Part shown: in pieces, positions 26,506 to 39,105 of the stretch
Layout: every line of letters starts with the position of its first letter
Position numbering within the stretch: the first letter of the stretch is position 1
Origin: Callorhinchus milii
Lineage: Eukaryota
Direction: 5' to 3'
DNA length: 64,000 nt
NCBI RefSeq assembly: GCF_018977255.1
Contig: NW_024704742.1
Location: 28,398,001-28,462,000 of the forward strand
The notes under the pieces: model-generated
Database searches by the model: none
What the model was told of the DNA's origin: nothing
Seen by the model: only the letters and a program-made list of their open reading frames with translations
Made by a program: the position numbers and the translations under genes

Positions 26506-27514
26506 AAACTTAATTTGCAATAGACTCAAAAGGATAAATATTGTACAAGAAGACACTGAAACACTAGGCACCCCTTAGCTCTTAACTGTTTGCCACAAAA
26601 ATTCAGATATGAAGCAAATGTGAGGTTCTGGAATAATAACTTCTCCAATATTGATAGATTATGAGGGATACCTGTTTAAGAAACATTTATTTGAGCTTTG
26701 CTGGTGCTCCTAAGGTTTATTCTAGCAGTTGAATAGTTTGCTGTTTTATTTATAGTTTTTTATAAGAATCCTTGCATTTGATATCGCGCCTTATCATGTC
26801 TTTGAGACGTCTCTAAGCGCTTCACAGAATATACTGTAAAATTAATTGACTGTATATGTGGGCGAAATGCTTTATTTGAGCTGATAAAGGGTGGCAGTGC
26901 CATAGAATGGAATGGATACATTTCCAATGTTCTTACTTTCTTGCCAGTATTTAGCGTTCACAGTGCCACCTGATGCTCCCTTATTAATGGAATTTCCTTT
27001 CCATTATTTTTCTGTCATGTGCTCTGTGCACTCTGATCTTATCTCCCATTCCATAAATATCTGCCCTGATCAACCCACATTCCCATTGCTATTCACTCCA
27101 AGTCTGGGCATTGAACAACAGCTTCCGCTGCTGTTCTGGAAGCACTTTATAAGCTACTATTTCAGCTGAAATTCCAGTTGGGCACACATAGAGTCTTTGG
27201 TAATGCAATGATTGTAATGGGAAATACCAATAGTAACCAACGTTGCCAAAGGAACCACATGTAAACCTGACAGAAATTCCAGCCCAATTATATGAACACT
27301 CAATGGATTTAACACCAGTGGTTATAAAGCCCCACTTTTGATATTGAAATTTGATATATAACTTGTTCTAATATTTAGATCACTTCTGAAGATGAGATTT
27401 ACCTATGGGCTTCCAGCCTTAGTAGCTCAGAATATTTTTCTTCAATGAATCTTTAGCCTCAATACTGTTACAGATCATCTGGTCCATGTAATCATTAGAC
27501 TTGCACTATATATC

Positions 27515-27837
27515 GTGGAGTCCTGTAGCTCAGTGGTTAGAGCACTCGCTTTGCAAGTGAGAGACCTGAGTTTAATTCCAGGCAGAGGGCGAAACCTTGG
27601 CCAAGTTTCCTTATTCCACACGCCTAATAATAATCACTCCAAAACAAAACAATAATAAATTGGTCATTTTCAATCACGACTGTTTGTGGGACATTGCTGT
27701 GCGCAATTGGCTGCCGCTTTCGCCCACAAATATACAGTCAATTCACTTTCCACTGTGTTCTGTGAAGCGCTTTGGGACGTCCTCCCGACGTGAAAAGCGC
27801 TATATCAAATGCAAGGATTATTATTATTATTATTATA
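27515..27837 (+). mobile_element. Young full-length tRNA-Deu-L2-tail SINE, short subtype
   Basis: gtggagtcctgtagctcagtgg head through gggacgtcctcccgacgtgaaaagcgc tail and (tta)n. Confidence 0.93.
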
Positions 27838-28914
27838 ATACTAATTATATACTAACTGGCTGACACTTAGCCTTTCTAATCTTGAGACGAAGAATAGCTG
27901 GAAGAACAGCCCTACAAGGGTTGCTTCAACCTCAACTGATCCTGAAGCAAGTTTCACCCAGTGTCCTGGCCAACAAGCCCCCAAATTAAATTGGGCATTC
28001 ACTTCCCGGCTATTTGTGAACATTACTGTCACATTTGCCCAAATACACAATTACATCACTTTGCAGTGTTATGATGCTATGAAGTTTTTTGATATGTTGC
28101 AATGACCTGATAAGGCACTATATTAAATGCAAGGATTATTATTATTATTTTTCTTACGAACTACTCTCCTAGCAAAATATTGCAATTCATCTCTCCTTGC
28201 AGTTGGGAGTGAATATGAAGAGGCACAAGTTTGTACAACTATCTAGCAATGAGTTAAATTTGTCGGAAGCTAAACAGTTCAGGGAACAAATCTGACAAAA
28301 TGCAACAGGTTGGATGGTGTATTTTTATCACCGCCCAATATAATATGTGTCGTAACTGGAGCCTGAGCTTGAAAGAATGCAGGAAAGTGTTAAAATAAAA
28401 GCGTAAAAGTTCAGTGGAACTAAGCGGTCAGGCCCCATACTGGGAATAGAGTTCTGTAATACTCTTCTACAGTAATTGCTTGTTTAGAATCAGAAGTCAT
28501 GCTCTGCTTAATGGTTTTGTTTCCTCAGCAGACAATATCTGTTGCCTAACTGGAGATGTGTCATGCCATCTGTTTATCTCTTGGAGAAGTGGCTTGGTGT
28601 TATTGCGTTTAATTTTTGCTCATGATAAAACCTACTTAAGGGATTTAAGATTGATCCGATGGTTCAGATCTTTTTTTATCAGACCTTTTCTGCTGACAAC
28701 AAACACTAAAATACGTAATCCCCTGAGTTATGTTCATAAGCTCCATTACTGTTGCTTACTAAGATAATGCTATTTTTTTCTTGTCCAATTTTCTTGAGTT
28801 ATTTACCCTGCCCTCCTCTCCTGAATGCATTTGAACTCTGGACATCCTCCCGATGTGAAAGGCGCTATACAAATGTAATTTTGCTGTTTTCACATTGTTG
28901 TTTTTGGTCACCTA

Positions 28915-29420
28915 GGTGTCTGCCACATGCAGAAATCCATCAACACGCTCCAGAGTATCCAAGTTAGACTGAGGTTTCCATACACACCACCTACACATTG
29001 AAAATCCTGTGTGTGGAATTGAATACGTACTCTCCCCAGAGGGATTCACTCGTCTTACCTAATTCCAAAAATTATTGCTTGTGCAAGTTGTGCAACAGCC
29101 AAGCTTGGAGACCACAGATTGTACATCTGGAGTACTGTTGGAGTTTAACCAGCTAACACCACATAGCTAGACAGTCTGGCAAGTTTCCTAGTGCTTGTTC
29201 AGCTAAGACTACCCTAACAGTTAGGGCTTTGGCTTGTAGGCTTAATAGGAGCTGAGTGGGAGGAACCACCGCACCCAGTGATTTATCTGCCCCTTGTAGT
29301 CTGACCAATGAGCCATGCTGGTTGGCATATCATTGGCAGGGCCTTGGCAGTAGGGCAGATCAACCTGGCTCAGTAACCAGACTACCGTCATAGAGAGTTG
29401 ACTCGATTCCAACATTTTGT
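28915..29420. repeat. Unidentified old interspersed repeat, copy A
   Basis: Colinear similarity to 41015-41525 and to the reverse complement of 57520-58075 (e.g. ttaataggagctgagtgggagga; gttgactcgattccaacatt). Confidence 0.75.
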
Positions 29421-32400
29421 GCAATCAAAGAGGTTTATTTTGAGATATCTCTTGAAAGAGGATAGGGACGGAACGATTAACAAATCATACGTGGGCTATC
29501 CAAAGAATTATTATTTTGAGCACGTGGAATAATATGGGGTCGAAAAGGTGGTGATGCCAAATGGGGTTTCTTGATTGCTAAAATTGAGAACTATATCCCT
29601 ATATATGGTTCTCAGTCTTTATCATCCTATCTGCCTCTTTTATCTCTCCCCAATACTAATCCCGAATCATGCAAACACAAACTGAGTTTGGGTGTGTTAT
29701 GCAGACTCATGGGAATGTCACTCCAAAAGAAGTTACCACAAATTGGCACAATGTACTTCTGAAATCCTTCCTAAAGGAATGTTACATCTAGGATGGATTG
29801 ATGATCAATAACGCTAAGTATCTTGCCTCCCCCCATTTGTATATATCGATTTTTCACATGTATCCCTCTACCTTTCCCTGGATTTTATTCCCGGATACAC
29901 TTTGTGTCGCAATTTCACAACTTCTTTTATTACATGGAATCATTAATCAACTCATTCCCCAGGACTTTCCCCCTTCCTTCACAGTGACGAACACTGTCTG
30001 CTGTCTCTCATCTCTTACCTAATACTGTATTGATTTACATTCGCCTGCAGAGTTCCTTTCTAGTCATCATGAGGAGCAGACTCGGCATTTCTATCTCACC
30101 ACAATTCATTTTATCCCTATATATGGATCTCAGTCTATCATTTTATCTGCGTCTTTTATCTCTCTCCAATGCTAAACACGAATCATGCAAACACAGACCT
30201 AGTCTGCAATAGCTGACTGAATTATGAAGGATCGCCAGTAATGCTAACCAACATATACGGAAAGCAACGACATTCTGCCCAATATCACCAAGCTAATATC
30301 TGGAGTCAAACTGCCTCACCACAGTTGTATATCCTACATTTATTCACACCAGTAATTTTGTGGTCTTGCCTGTATTTGTCACTATGGCAACAATGAACTA
30401 ATGGAGGTTAATGCCATTGGCGATAGTACTGCACTGTCCATAGATTTTTATTTTTTCTATTGATTCTAAATAAAACAGGACAAAGTCCTTCACTATTTGA
30501 AAGGATATGGTTATTTCTAACAGAAAATTGGAACCAGGATATTGGCATTTCTAACAGAAAATCGTAATATGAAATGTAGTAGAAATTGTACCAACCCAGG
30601 GTTGATGTAATGTACTTCTGGTTACTAAAATGCACCCCTCTTCCCCATTTGTACAACTCACATTCCTTATTAAGAAACCAGTTAGAAATCTTGCACCTTA
30701 GGAAAAGAAAAATTAGGAAAAAAAAGCACACAGAAAGACCATTTGCATCCGAAGAAGCCCGCAATGTGTTTTCTCATTAACTTTCTCAGCTTATAAATCT
30801 TTCATGTAAAATTTACAGCCGGGGAGACCAAATACTGCATAACACTTACACTTTATTTGAGAAAAGTTAAAATAAACGAAAAAATGTTTCTTAAATTAAA
30901 ATTTATTATGGTATACATAATTGCACACTAACACAGTAAGATTATCCCTAATATATCAGCATTGAGGAAATATCACTGGTTTGGTTTACTGGCTGGCTTA
31001 GGATCATTTTATGTTGCTTTGCCTTATTAAATGGGTCTTTGTGCACTATGCCACCCAGAGTCTGAATTCCCTCATTCCTTTATGCTGCTCATAGCCGAAC
31101 ACTCGTGTTTACCTCCTCACAATTACACTGCAGTCCCTGTCCATCTCTGCTGTATTTCATTTTGTCCACGGCTTTGCAGGAATGTACTGTGCTCTGAGCT
31201 TCAGGCACAGCAGAGAAATGAATTGCGCAATTTGCAGTTTCACAAGGCGGCAATACTTCCTCTGTGTTTTTGTCTGTCCTCTTATTCTTTTTCATTAAAT
31301 TTGGCTAAAATGCACGTTTTGACGTACCTCAGTTTATTTCATGCTTTTCACTTGGTGATTTATCCCCAATCCATATCTGCTTAAGGACCTGCACATTCTC
31401 CTTCTCCCTTGTGATGTCTGCCAGTGATTTATGCCCTGGAGCGAGCCCCCCTCCACAGACAGATGGCTTCCCTCATACAAATGTCACACTCCAGGATATA
31501 CAGTTCACCAGATACAGCACAGTAAGTGGTTAGGCAGGAGTCTTATTTTTTAACTGGAGATCATGACCAGTTTTCAGTCTATCTCGTCTATAGCTTTCTC
31601 TCCCTCTGTGTCGCTTCAGTTGTTTATCTGTAGAGCGATTTTTGCTTCAGATTCCAACTGTTAGATAAAAAAGAAAGAAAAGCTTTTTTGTGTTATCTGG
31701 AAACTTTTTTGTAAATAATTTTGCCAGAATACTATCCAAAAAAACCTCCTGCTTGGCATGTTCACCCGTATCTGTCTTGATAAGATACATCAAAGATATT
31801 TTCCTGTATGCTTTGAGAAACTGCATATTTTTACACAGACAGAACGTAAAATTTGCCTTGAAATAATCTATTCAGAGTTTTTCATCCACTCTTTGAAAAC
31901 CAAGCCACACTAGTTGAGGACAATGACAAATTGTGTTTATATAAGAACACTTCATATGGATAGTAAATAATGCAATGACCTTCAAACACACAATTACTAA
32001 ATTTTACAGTCTGCCTGTGAAATGCTTTGAGATGTGTCGACAACATGACAAAATGCAAAATCAAATGAAAGGATTACTATTATTAATAACATTAAAGTTA
32101 CAACAACTTTGAGGGAAGGAGGACATTATTTCATAAATGTTTTACCATCTCTTTAATAAAATTTGAAGCATTTTAAGGAAGAGGGAATGCGAACAGAATT
32201 TTTGATTTTTTTCATAAACTAATTTACTGTCACTTTTCAGAAATGTACAATATACTTAAGGAGGTAAAAATCACCATTATTTGTTTCTGTCTCTAAATTT
32301 ACCATAATAATTTACTTCAATGTTGATTAATTCATTGCTTTGTTACAAAATAGAATGTTTTCTCAGTTAGTCATTTTATAAATTGACATGTACAAGCATA

Positions 32401-32492
32401 TCAACTTCTACCGAGTTCAGATCCATCTATGGTAATACTGTATCTATTTATAAAGCATTTGTGTTTCAGGCTCTAAATCTCTCAGTGACGTC

Positions 32493-33379
32493 CTGCAACA
32501 AATTATAGAAAGACATTAATAAACTTGCTAAATGGGAATTTAAATGGGAAATGCATTTCAACGTAGAAAAGTGTGAGGTGGTACATTTTGGTAGAAGGAA
32601 TAAGGAAGTCACATACATCCTGGAAAATAAAAACCTAAATGGGGTAGAGGAGCAAAGGGACCTAGGGTCACACATACACAATTCACTAAAAGTAGCAACG
32701 CAGGTTAATAAGGCCATAAAAAAAGGCAAACCAGGCATTGGGTTCATTTCTAAAGGGACAGAAATGAAAAGCAGGGAATTTATGGTAAACGTCTATAGAA
32801 CCGTGGTTAGACCACACTTAGAATACTGTGTGCAGTTCTGGTCCCCACATTATAGAAGGAATGTAGAGGCACTGGAGAGGTGCAAAGGAGATTCACAAGG
32901 ATGATCCCAGAACTGAGAGGTTATACCTATCAGGAAAGGCTGAACATGCTTGGACTCTTTTCTCTTGGAAAGAGGAGGGTAAGGGGTGACCTGATAGAGG
33001 TCTTGAAAATAATGAAAGGTTTTGATAGGGTAGACATAGGGAAGATGTTTCCACTTCTGGGGGAGACCAAAACCAGAGGCCATCAATATAAATAGTCACA
33101 AATGTATCAAATAGGGAAGTTAGAAGACATTTCTTCTCACAGAGAGTAGTGGGAATGTGGAACATGCTACCACAAGGAGTTGTTGAGGCAAATAGCATAG
33201 ATGTATTTAAGGCAAAGCTAGATAGGTACATGAGGGAGAAGAATAGAAGGTTATGCTTGAAGGCTTAGATGAGGAAGGGCAGGAGGAGGCTCACATGGAA
33301 CATAAACACCGGCAAAGACTAGTTGGGTCGAATGGCCTGTTGCTGTGCTGTATGTTCTAATGTATTCTAATGTAATGTA
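32493..33379 (+). mobile_element. CR1 LINE 3' ~0.9 kb
   Basis: MHFNVEKCEVVHFGRRN...EQRDLG...VRPHLEYCVQFWSPHY...RRVRGDLIEVLKIMKG; frameshifted; terminal ttctaatgtattctaatgt. Confidence 0.95.
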
Positions 33380-33642
33380 ACCATCGGCAGTCGGGCTTTA
33401 GCCTCTCTGCCCCCACACTCTGGAACTCCATCCCACAGTCCCTTCGCCTCATTTCCTACCTTCAAGGCCGGTCTCAAGACCCTTACCTCCGATCATGCCT
33501 TTGGTCACCCTCCCACTTCTCTGCCTTCTCTCACCCCTAAACCACCCCTCCCCCATGCTCAGGCCCCTACACCCGACTGTTCAGCGCTTTGGAACATCCT
33601 CCCGACATGAAAGGCTCTCTATAAATGTAATTTTGTTGTTGT
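33380..33642 (+). mobile_element. L2 3' tail abutting the CR1
   Basis: ccatcggcagtcgggcttt...ctctggaactccatcccacag...tttgttgttgt. Confidence 0.85.
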
Positions 33643-33649
33643 AATGCAG

Positions 33650-34160
33650 CAAGAACACCAACGTAGAATTTGTAGAACCTTTCACATAGAATAATGTCTT
33701 AGAGCACTTTACAGTGACAAAGATGAAGGCCAAGCAGGAAAAAGAGAGTGTGGGATGGGTTACGTGATCAAAAGCATGGTCAAAGAGGTAGGTTTTAAAG
33801 CAGCACCTGAAGACAGATAGAGAGGAGTGACTTGAAGGGTTCAAGGGTAGAAGATCCAGCAGTTACGGATGCAGCTTCACAATGCTCGTCTGTCGATGTT
33901 GGAATTGGTCGGGTGGGAGAAGGCCAGCAAGCCCGAGTTAGCCGATCAGAGCGTGTGACCAAAACAGTGGGTTAGGAGGAAATCAGAGAGATAGGGAACT
34001 GCTAGGGCTTGGAGAAATTTATAGGTGATAGTGAGGACCTTGAAATCAACCTGTTGAAAAACAGGGAGCCAGTGGAGCCTTGAAAGGACTGGGATGATGT
34101 ACATGTAGAGTTTAATCCGGGTGAGAATGGGGGTGGTGGAGTTTTAGGTGCAAGTTCCCT
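33650..34160 (-). mobile_element. Older, diverged L2 3' fragment
   Basis: FKTYLFDHAF; gaggaccttgaaatcaacc...gggagccagtggag. Confidence 0.65.
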
Positions 34161-34246
34161 ACGTGTAAATTCTGAATATGAGTAAGGGTAAAAGAGAAAA
34201 GAAATATAATATATAATAGTGAGCACAAAATTGCAATATAGCCACT

Positions 34247-34975
34247 TACAACAACAACAACAAAATTCCATTTATAAAGTGCCTTTCACGTCAGGAGGAC
34301 GTCCCAAGGCGCTGCACAGTTGGGTCAGGACCCGAGCAGGGGGAAGTGGTCAGGGTGAGGGGAGGGAAGGGAGGGAGCGAGGAGGGGAGAAATGGTCAGG
34401 GTGATGGGAGGGAAGGGAGGGAGCAAGGAGGGGGAAATGGTCAGGGTGAGGGGAGGGAAGGGAGTCGAGAGAGGAGCTGAAGGCTCGGTCAAAGAGAAAG
34501 GTCTTGAGACCGGCCTTGAAGGAGGAAAGGGAGGAGGCGGCGAAGGCACTGGGGGATGGAGTTCCAGAGCCTGGGGGCTGAGAGGCTGAAGGCCCGACCA
34601 CCGAAGGTAGGGTGATTGGGGCGGGGGACGTGGAGCAGACCAGAGCCGGAGGAACGGAGGGTACAGGCGGGTAGGTAGGGGGATAGTAGGTCAGAGAGGT
34701 AGGAGGGAGCGAGGCCGTGGATGGCCTTATAGGTGAGGATGAGGATCTTGAAATCAATCCTCTGGGGGATGGGGAGCCAGTGGAGGTGAACGAGGGTGGG
34801 AGTGATGTGGTCGCGAAGCCTGGTGCGGGACAGTACACGAGCTGCAGAGTTCTGAATGACCTGCAGCTTGTGGAGGGAGGTGGCGGGAAGGCCGGCGAGG
34901 AGAGAGTTCCATAGTCCAGCCTTGAGGTGACAAAGCGTGAACCAGGGTTTTAGCAGCGTGAGGGGTGAGGTAGTG
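34247..34975 (-). mobile_element. Young L2 3' fragment with triplicated 3' UTR segment
   Basis: Close to 51748-52432 and 54066-54730; FKAGLKTFLFDRAF; a ~46-bp unit occurs 3x at 34338-34463. Confidence 0.92.
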
Positions 34976-35537
34976 ACAACTAGTTACAGCTAGTTTCTTG
35001 ACAGGTTTGAAGTAGTGATGTTACAAACCATTAATACAGTTGCTGCCAGCACAACAACAAATAGAGCAAGACTCTCCCACTCAATACTGCATTTGAAATG
35101 TGTAAAAAAAATACAGATGTTAGGGAGAATGATTGGGTGTAATTTAATAGTGGAGTTTATGATGTCGTCCATTCCCACTGATGAAATTGCAATTTTGCAA
35201 TTGCTCCCAGGTATACATTGTATACGCTGTGTGCAACCACTGGATGACTTCTGTTTATATGCAATGGTTTCAAGGTTGTGTTGGGAAAAGTGCTTCAATA
35301 GCAAATTGTGGCATTTTCCACATTACTTCAAATGCTGTGCAAGCAGTGAGATGGCATGTTATGAAAAATCCATGACTTTTAAGTAATTTTCCAATTCAAA
35401 GATATTACATTCTCAGATCTGATTGCCCTAACTGTTTTTAAGATTCTTAGAGATTTTATACAAGGGGATTTTACTGCACTACCCACAAATGATTCTAAAC
35501 ACAAGGAGCAAGCTAATTATTGGGTCTTCAGATTCTA

Positions 35538-35720
35538 TCTCTCTCTCTATTGTGTGTGTGTATATATATATATACACACACGCACATACAGTATATATAT
35601 ATACACACACAGTATATATAGATATATAATTATATATACACACACAGTAGATATATATAGATATATAATTATATATACACACAGTATATCTATATATAGA
35701 TATATAATTATATATTATGG
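35538..35720. repeat. Compound (TA)/(CA)/(TG) microsatellite with ~3 copies of a ~38-40-bp higher-order unit
   Basis: atatacacac(ac)agta(g)atatatatagatatataatt repeated. Confidence 0.9.
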
Positions 35721-35854
35721 TATGTATTATAGTATGGGTCTGGCTGACCTTCTGCCCATCTCTGTCGTTCTCTCTGTTACTCTGTCTCTTTGTTTTTCGC
35801 TCTCTGCATGTGGGTCTGTCTCTTTCTCTCTCTCTCTCTCACACACCTTGTGGC

Positions 35855-36210
35855 AAGCTCAGCCCAGAACTCTTGCCTCTGGGTGAGAAGGTTGTGGGTT
35901 CAAGCCCTAATGTTGGGCCTTGGAGTTCACAATCCATTGCAATGGCTGACCCTCCAGTGCAATGCAAGGGGAGCACTGCTTTGTCAGAGGTGCCAACATG
36001 ATTTGAAAAGAGAAAGGAATTATTTTGCTCCTGATATCATTCACAACAATCCCTAGATAAATTGTTCTTCCACTTTATTATTTATATGCAAATTGGCTGC
36101 CCTGTACACCTACGAATACGCAGTCACTGTATTTTACAGCAATTATCTGGGAAGCGCTTTGAGACCTTTTGATGTTGCAGGCACTATATCAAGTGCAAGG
36201 AATATTATTA
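35855..36210 (+). mobile_element. Degenerate SacSINE1-like SINE
   Basis: ctcttgcctctgggtgagaaggttgtgggttcaagccc head; tail gaagcgctttgag...tatcaagtgcaagg. Confidence 0.7.
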
Positions 36211-38740
36211 AATTCTTAAGTTTCCCTTTTCTCCTTTTCTTGTCTTGGAAATTCTATCTGTTACCAAAACACTTTCTTTTAAATTCATCAGTTTGCTGAA
36301 AATAATAGCATTTGACAGTTAGTCTGCAAAGGTTGCTGGTCAGATCCACTTTTCCTGATATTGTGCTCAGCCTCCAGAAATATATGTGTAAAGATGTATC
36401 TGGTTCAATACCCCTTAACTCTTAGACTGTCAGTAGGTATGGGGAAATGATTCTCTCTCTGTTTCAACTGATTTGGTTGGTTCTCAGGTCTTGGTTGTGA
36501 TATTAAAAGAAACATGTCATGTTACAGCAATAAAGACAAAGAATAATAACAAGCATTACATGTGATATGGTGCCTATAATATCAAGATTATCCTGTAGCG
36601 TCTATAGGATAAGTTTCTGTGACATGTAGAGACCGTGTATGTTTGTAGATGAACAGGTAGGTCAATTTGCGTACAGTAATGTCCTACAAACAGCTATAAG
36701 GTGAATAACCAATTTTATCTGAAGGATTATTGATCAGGGCCAAGGCAGAAATGACCGTTCACTTTTTGAATACTGCAGTGGGCTCTTTCGTGTTCACTTT
36801 AGTGTACTGTGAACAGGATCTCTACCTGACCTGGTGTTGGATGACCAAAATGGAAACATTTTCTCACTTCCAAGCATGGCATCCCTCACATTTATAACCA
36901 CAAAATGCACCATCTTAAACTGTTAATTATCATTGAAACTGCTAATAACGATAACAGTTGCCTCCGATGGGAACAACAATGGCGATTGTTATAGGTTTCA
37001 ACTAACTGCTGCTCAGCTAACCATAAAATGGCTCTGTCATAATAGATTTGATGTAACAAAACTGATCTTTTCATCTATACTTTCAGTCACCTATCACCTC
37101 CTCCATTTCCACCCTTCTGTCCCCGCTCTCTGGAACTTCATCCCGGAATCCCTCTTACTCACTCTCTCCCTTCCCCTCATTCAAGGCCCATCTCAAGACG
37201 TACTTCTTTGACCGCGCTTTTGATCATCTTTCCCCTCCCCAGCACCTTCAGTTCCCACCCACAGCTCAGGTGCTCAGGGAACAGCGTTAAGCACTTTGAG
37301 ACATCCTTCCTCCTCTCAGCTCAGCTGAGAGCAAGCACTTCCCTACAGGGAAGAACAAATGAATGGGAAGGAGAATCATGTTGCCAGTAGCAGGAAGTGT
37401 GTGGGTCTGGGAAGGAATAGAGAAAAGCAAACAAAATAAAGACAGAAGTTGGGAAATAAATGGATTCTTAAACAATTCCCATTCATCATTCCAGCCACAC
37501 AATCAGAAGCAACTAGGCAATCTGGGGTTATACCATCTGATATAACCTGGTTTGTATTCCATAACTCTCCATTCCTTGTAGTTGATTCTCTATAGAAGAT
37601 TGCTCAAAAACAAAATCACTTTATCTCAGAATCACCAGTGATATACTAGGATATAGCCTAATTTACCTCAAAAAGATGATACTTTACCACACAAGTCCTA
37701 TTACTTTAAAATATATATATAATTTGCCTTGTGCATTGTTTTCCTAAGGATCACTGGCAGGTATACCAGTGCAAAAAAAAACTATTATTTCTGAATTACT
37801 GTCTGTTTGAAAAATTACACATAATTTACTTGTGACAAAACATTTTCCTCAGAATTGCAAGTGCTTTTGTCATTAAATTACTGTCAACAAGTCGTTCTAT
37901 TTGGTACTGCACAGTACAAAAGCATTTGCTTTCAAAACACACGCACATAAATACATTCGCTAAAGACAATGAAAAATATTTTCTGGAGGAAAAATGATTG
38001 CAATTTCTTTTCAGCTAATAATTTCAAAGCCCCTTACTTGACACTAATATAACATACTTTAACTTCTAGTAATAATAATTACATTATTGTATATTTTGGT
38101 GAATGCGGATTTTTAGAGCTTAAGAATTTTTATTTATAATATTTGTGTTGTAATTACGGTATATATAATTAATCAGTTGTTAGTTACTATTCAATATTGT
38201 CTGTGCATTTTGTGCTAACAATTCTCATTCATTAAAGTACAAAACACACAGGATAATATTATTATCTGATGAATATTTCTCATGTGCAATTTTTTAACTA
38301 AAAGAACCAGGTTATACCAATGCTGTATTAATTAATATACTAATTCTAATGCAGAAATTATTCTGACTTGCTTTGTTTCCACCTCAGGTTAACACCACTT
38401 TGAACCTGTAAAACAGATAGTACTTTTTTCCTTTGTCATCAAGCTAACCTGTCGACTGGAAAGTTACAAAAATACTATAGGGAAGGAAATTGTTCCAATT
38501 TTAGGTTGGTCTGTGACCAGGAGAGTGTGGGATCAGTCACAGACTGTTGCTGCTTATAACTCTAGTTTAATGAGCTAACTTGTGCCAGAAACTGTGTACC
38601 CACAGAGGAGTCAGAATATCTTACCAGTGCAGTGCATTCGGTCTTCAATTTGTCCTGAAGACCATTATAGCTCACTCAAGTGTGATAGTATGGAAGGATG
38701 AGATGTGGTCTGTGCTCACAATCCCCCTCATACCGCTTTA

Positions 38741-39105
38741 ATAATAATAATAATCCTTGCATGTTACATAGCGCCTTATCACATCTTCGAGACGTCTCAT
38801 AGCGCTTCACAGAAAATACTATAACTGAATTGACTGCGTATTTTATGAAACAAAGCAGCTAATTGCAGTGTCCCACAAACAGTCACGGATTGAGTGATCA
38901 AAATATATATTTTTAAGGAATTAACATCCCCAGAAAAGCGATCGGTTAATTGACTAATAACAGATAAATCAATAATAAATAAGTTTAATAAACTTTCACC
39001 TACAAAATATGCAGTCAATTTATTTTACAGTATATTTTGTGAAGCACTTTGAGACGTCTTGAAGATGTGATAAGGCGCTATATCAAATGCAAGGATTGTT
39101 ATTAT
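38741..39105. mobile_element. Two SINE 3' halves in inverted, outward-facing arrangement (38741-38965 minus; ~38995-39105 plus)
   Basis: The ~100-bp arms 38745-38848 and 39001-39103 are reverse complements. Confidence 0.85.

Noticed and set aside
27515..27592. tRNA-Ala(UGC)-like genes (also at 7940-8013, 26198, 40385, 53376)
   Set aside because: A/B boxes and the anticodon arm are present, but there is no acceptor stem and each continues into a SINE body and tail, so they are SINE heads.
35479..35886. YI/YT-rich ORFs
   Set aside because: Translation of a TA/CA microsatellite.
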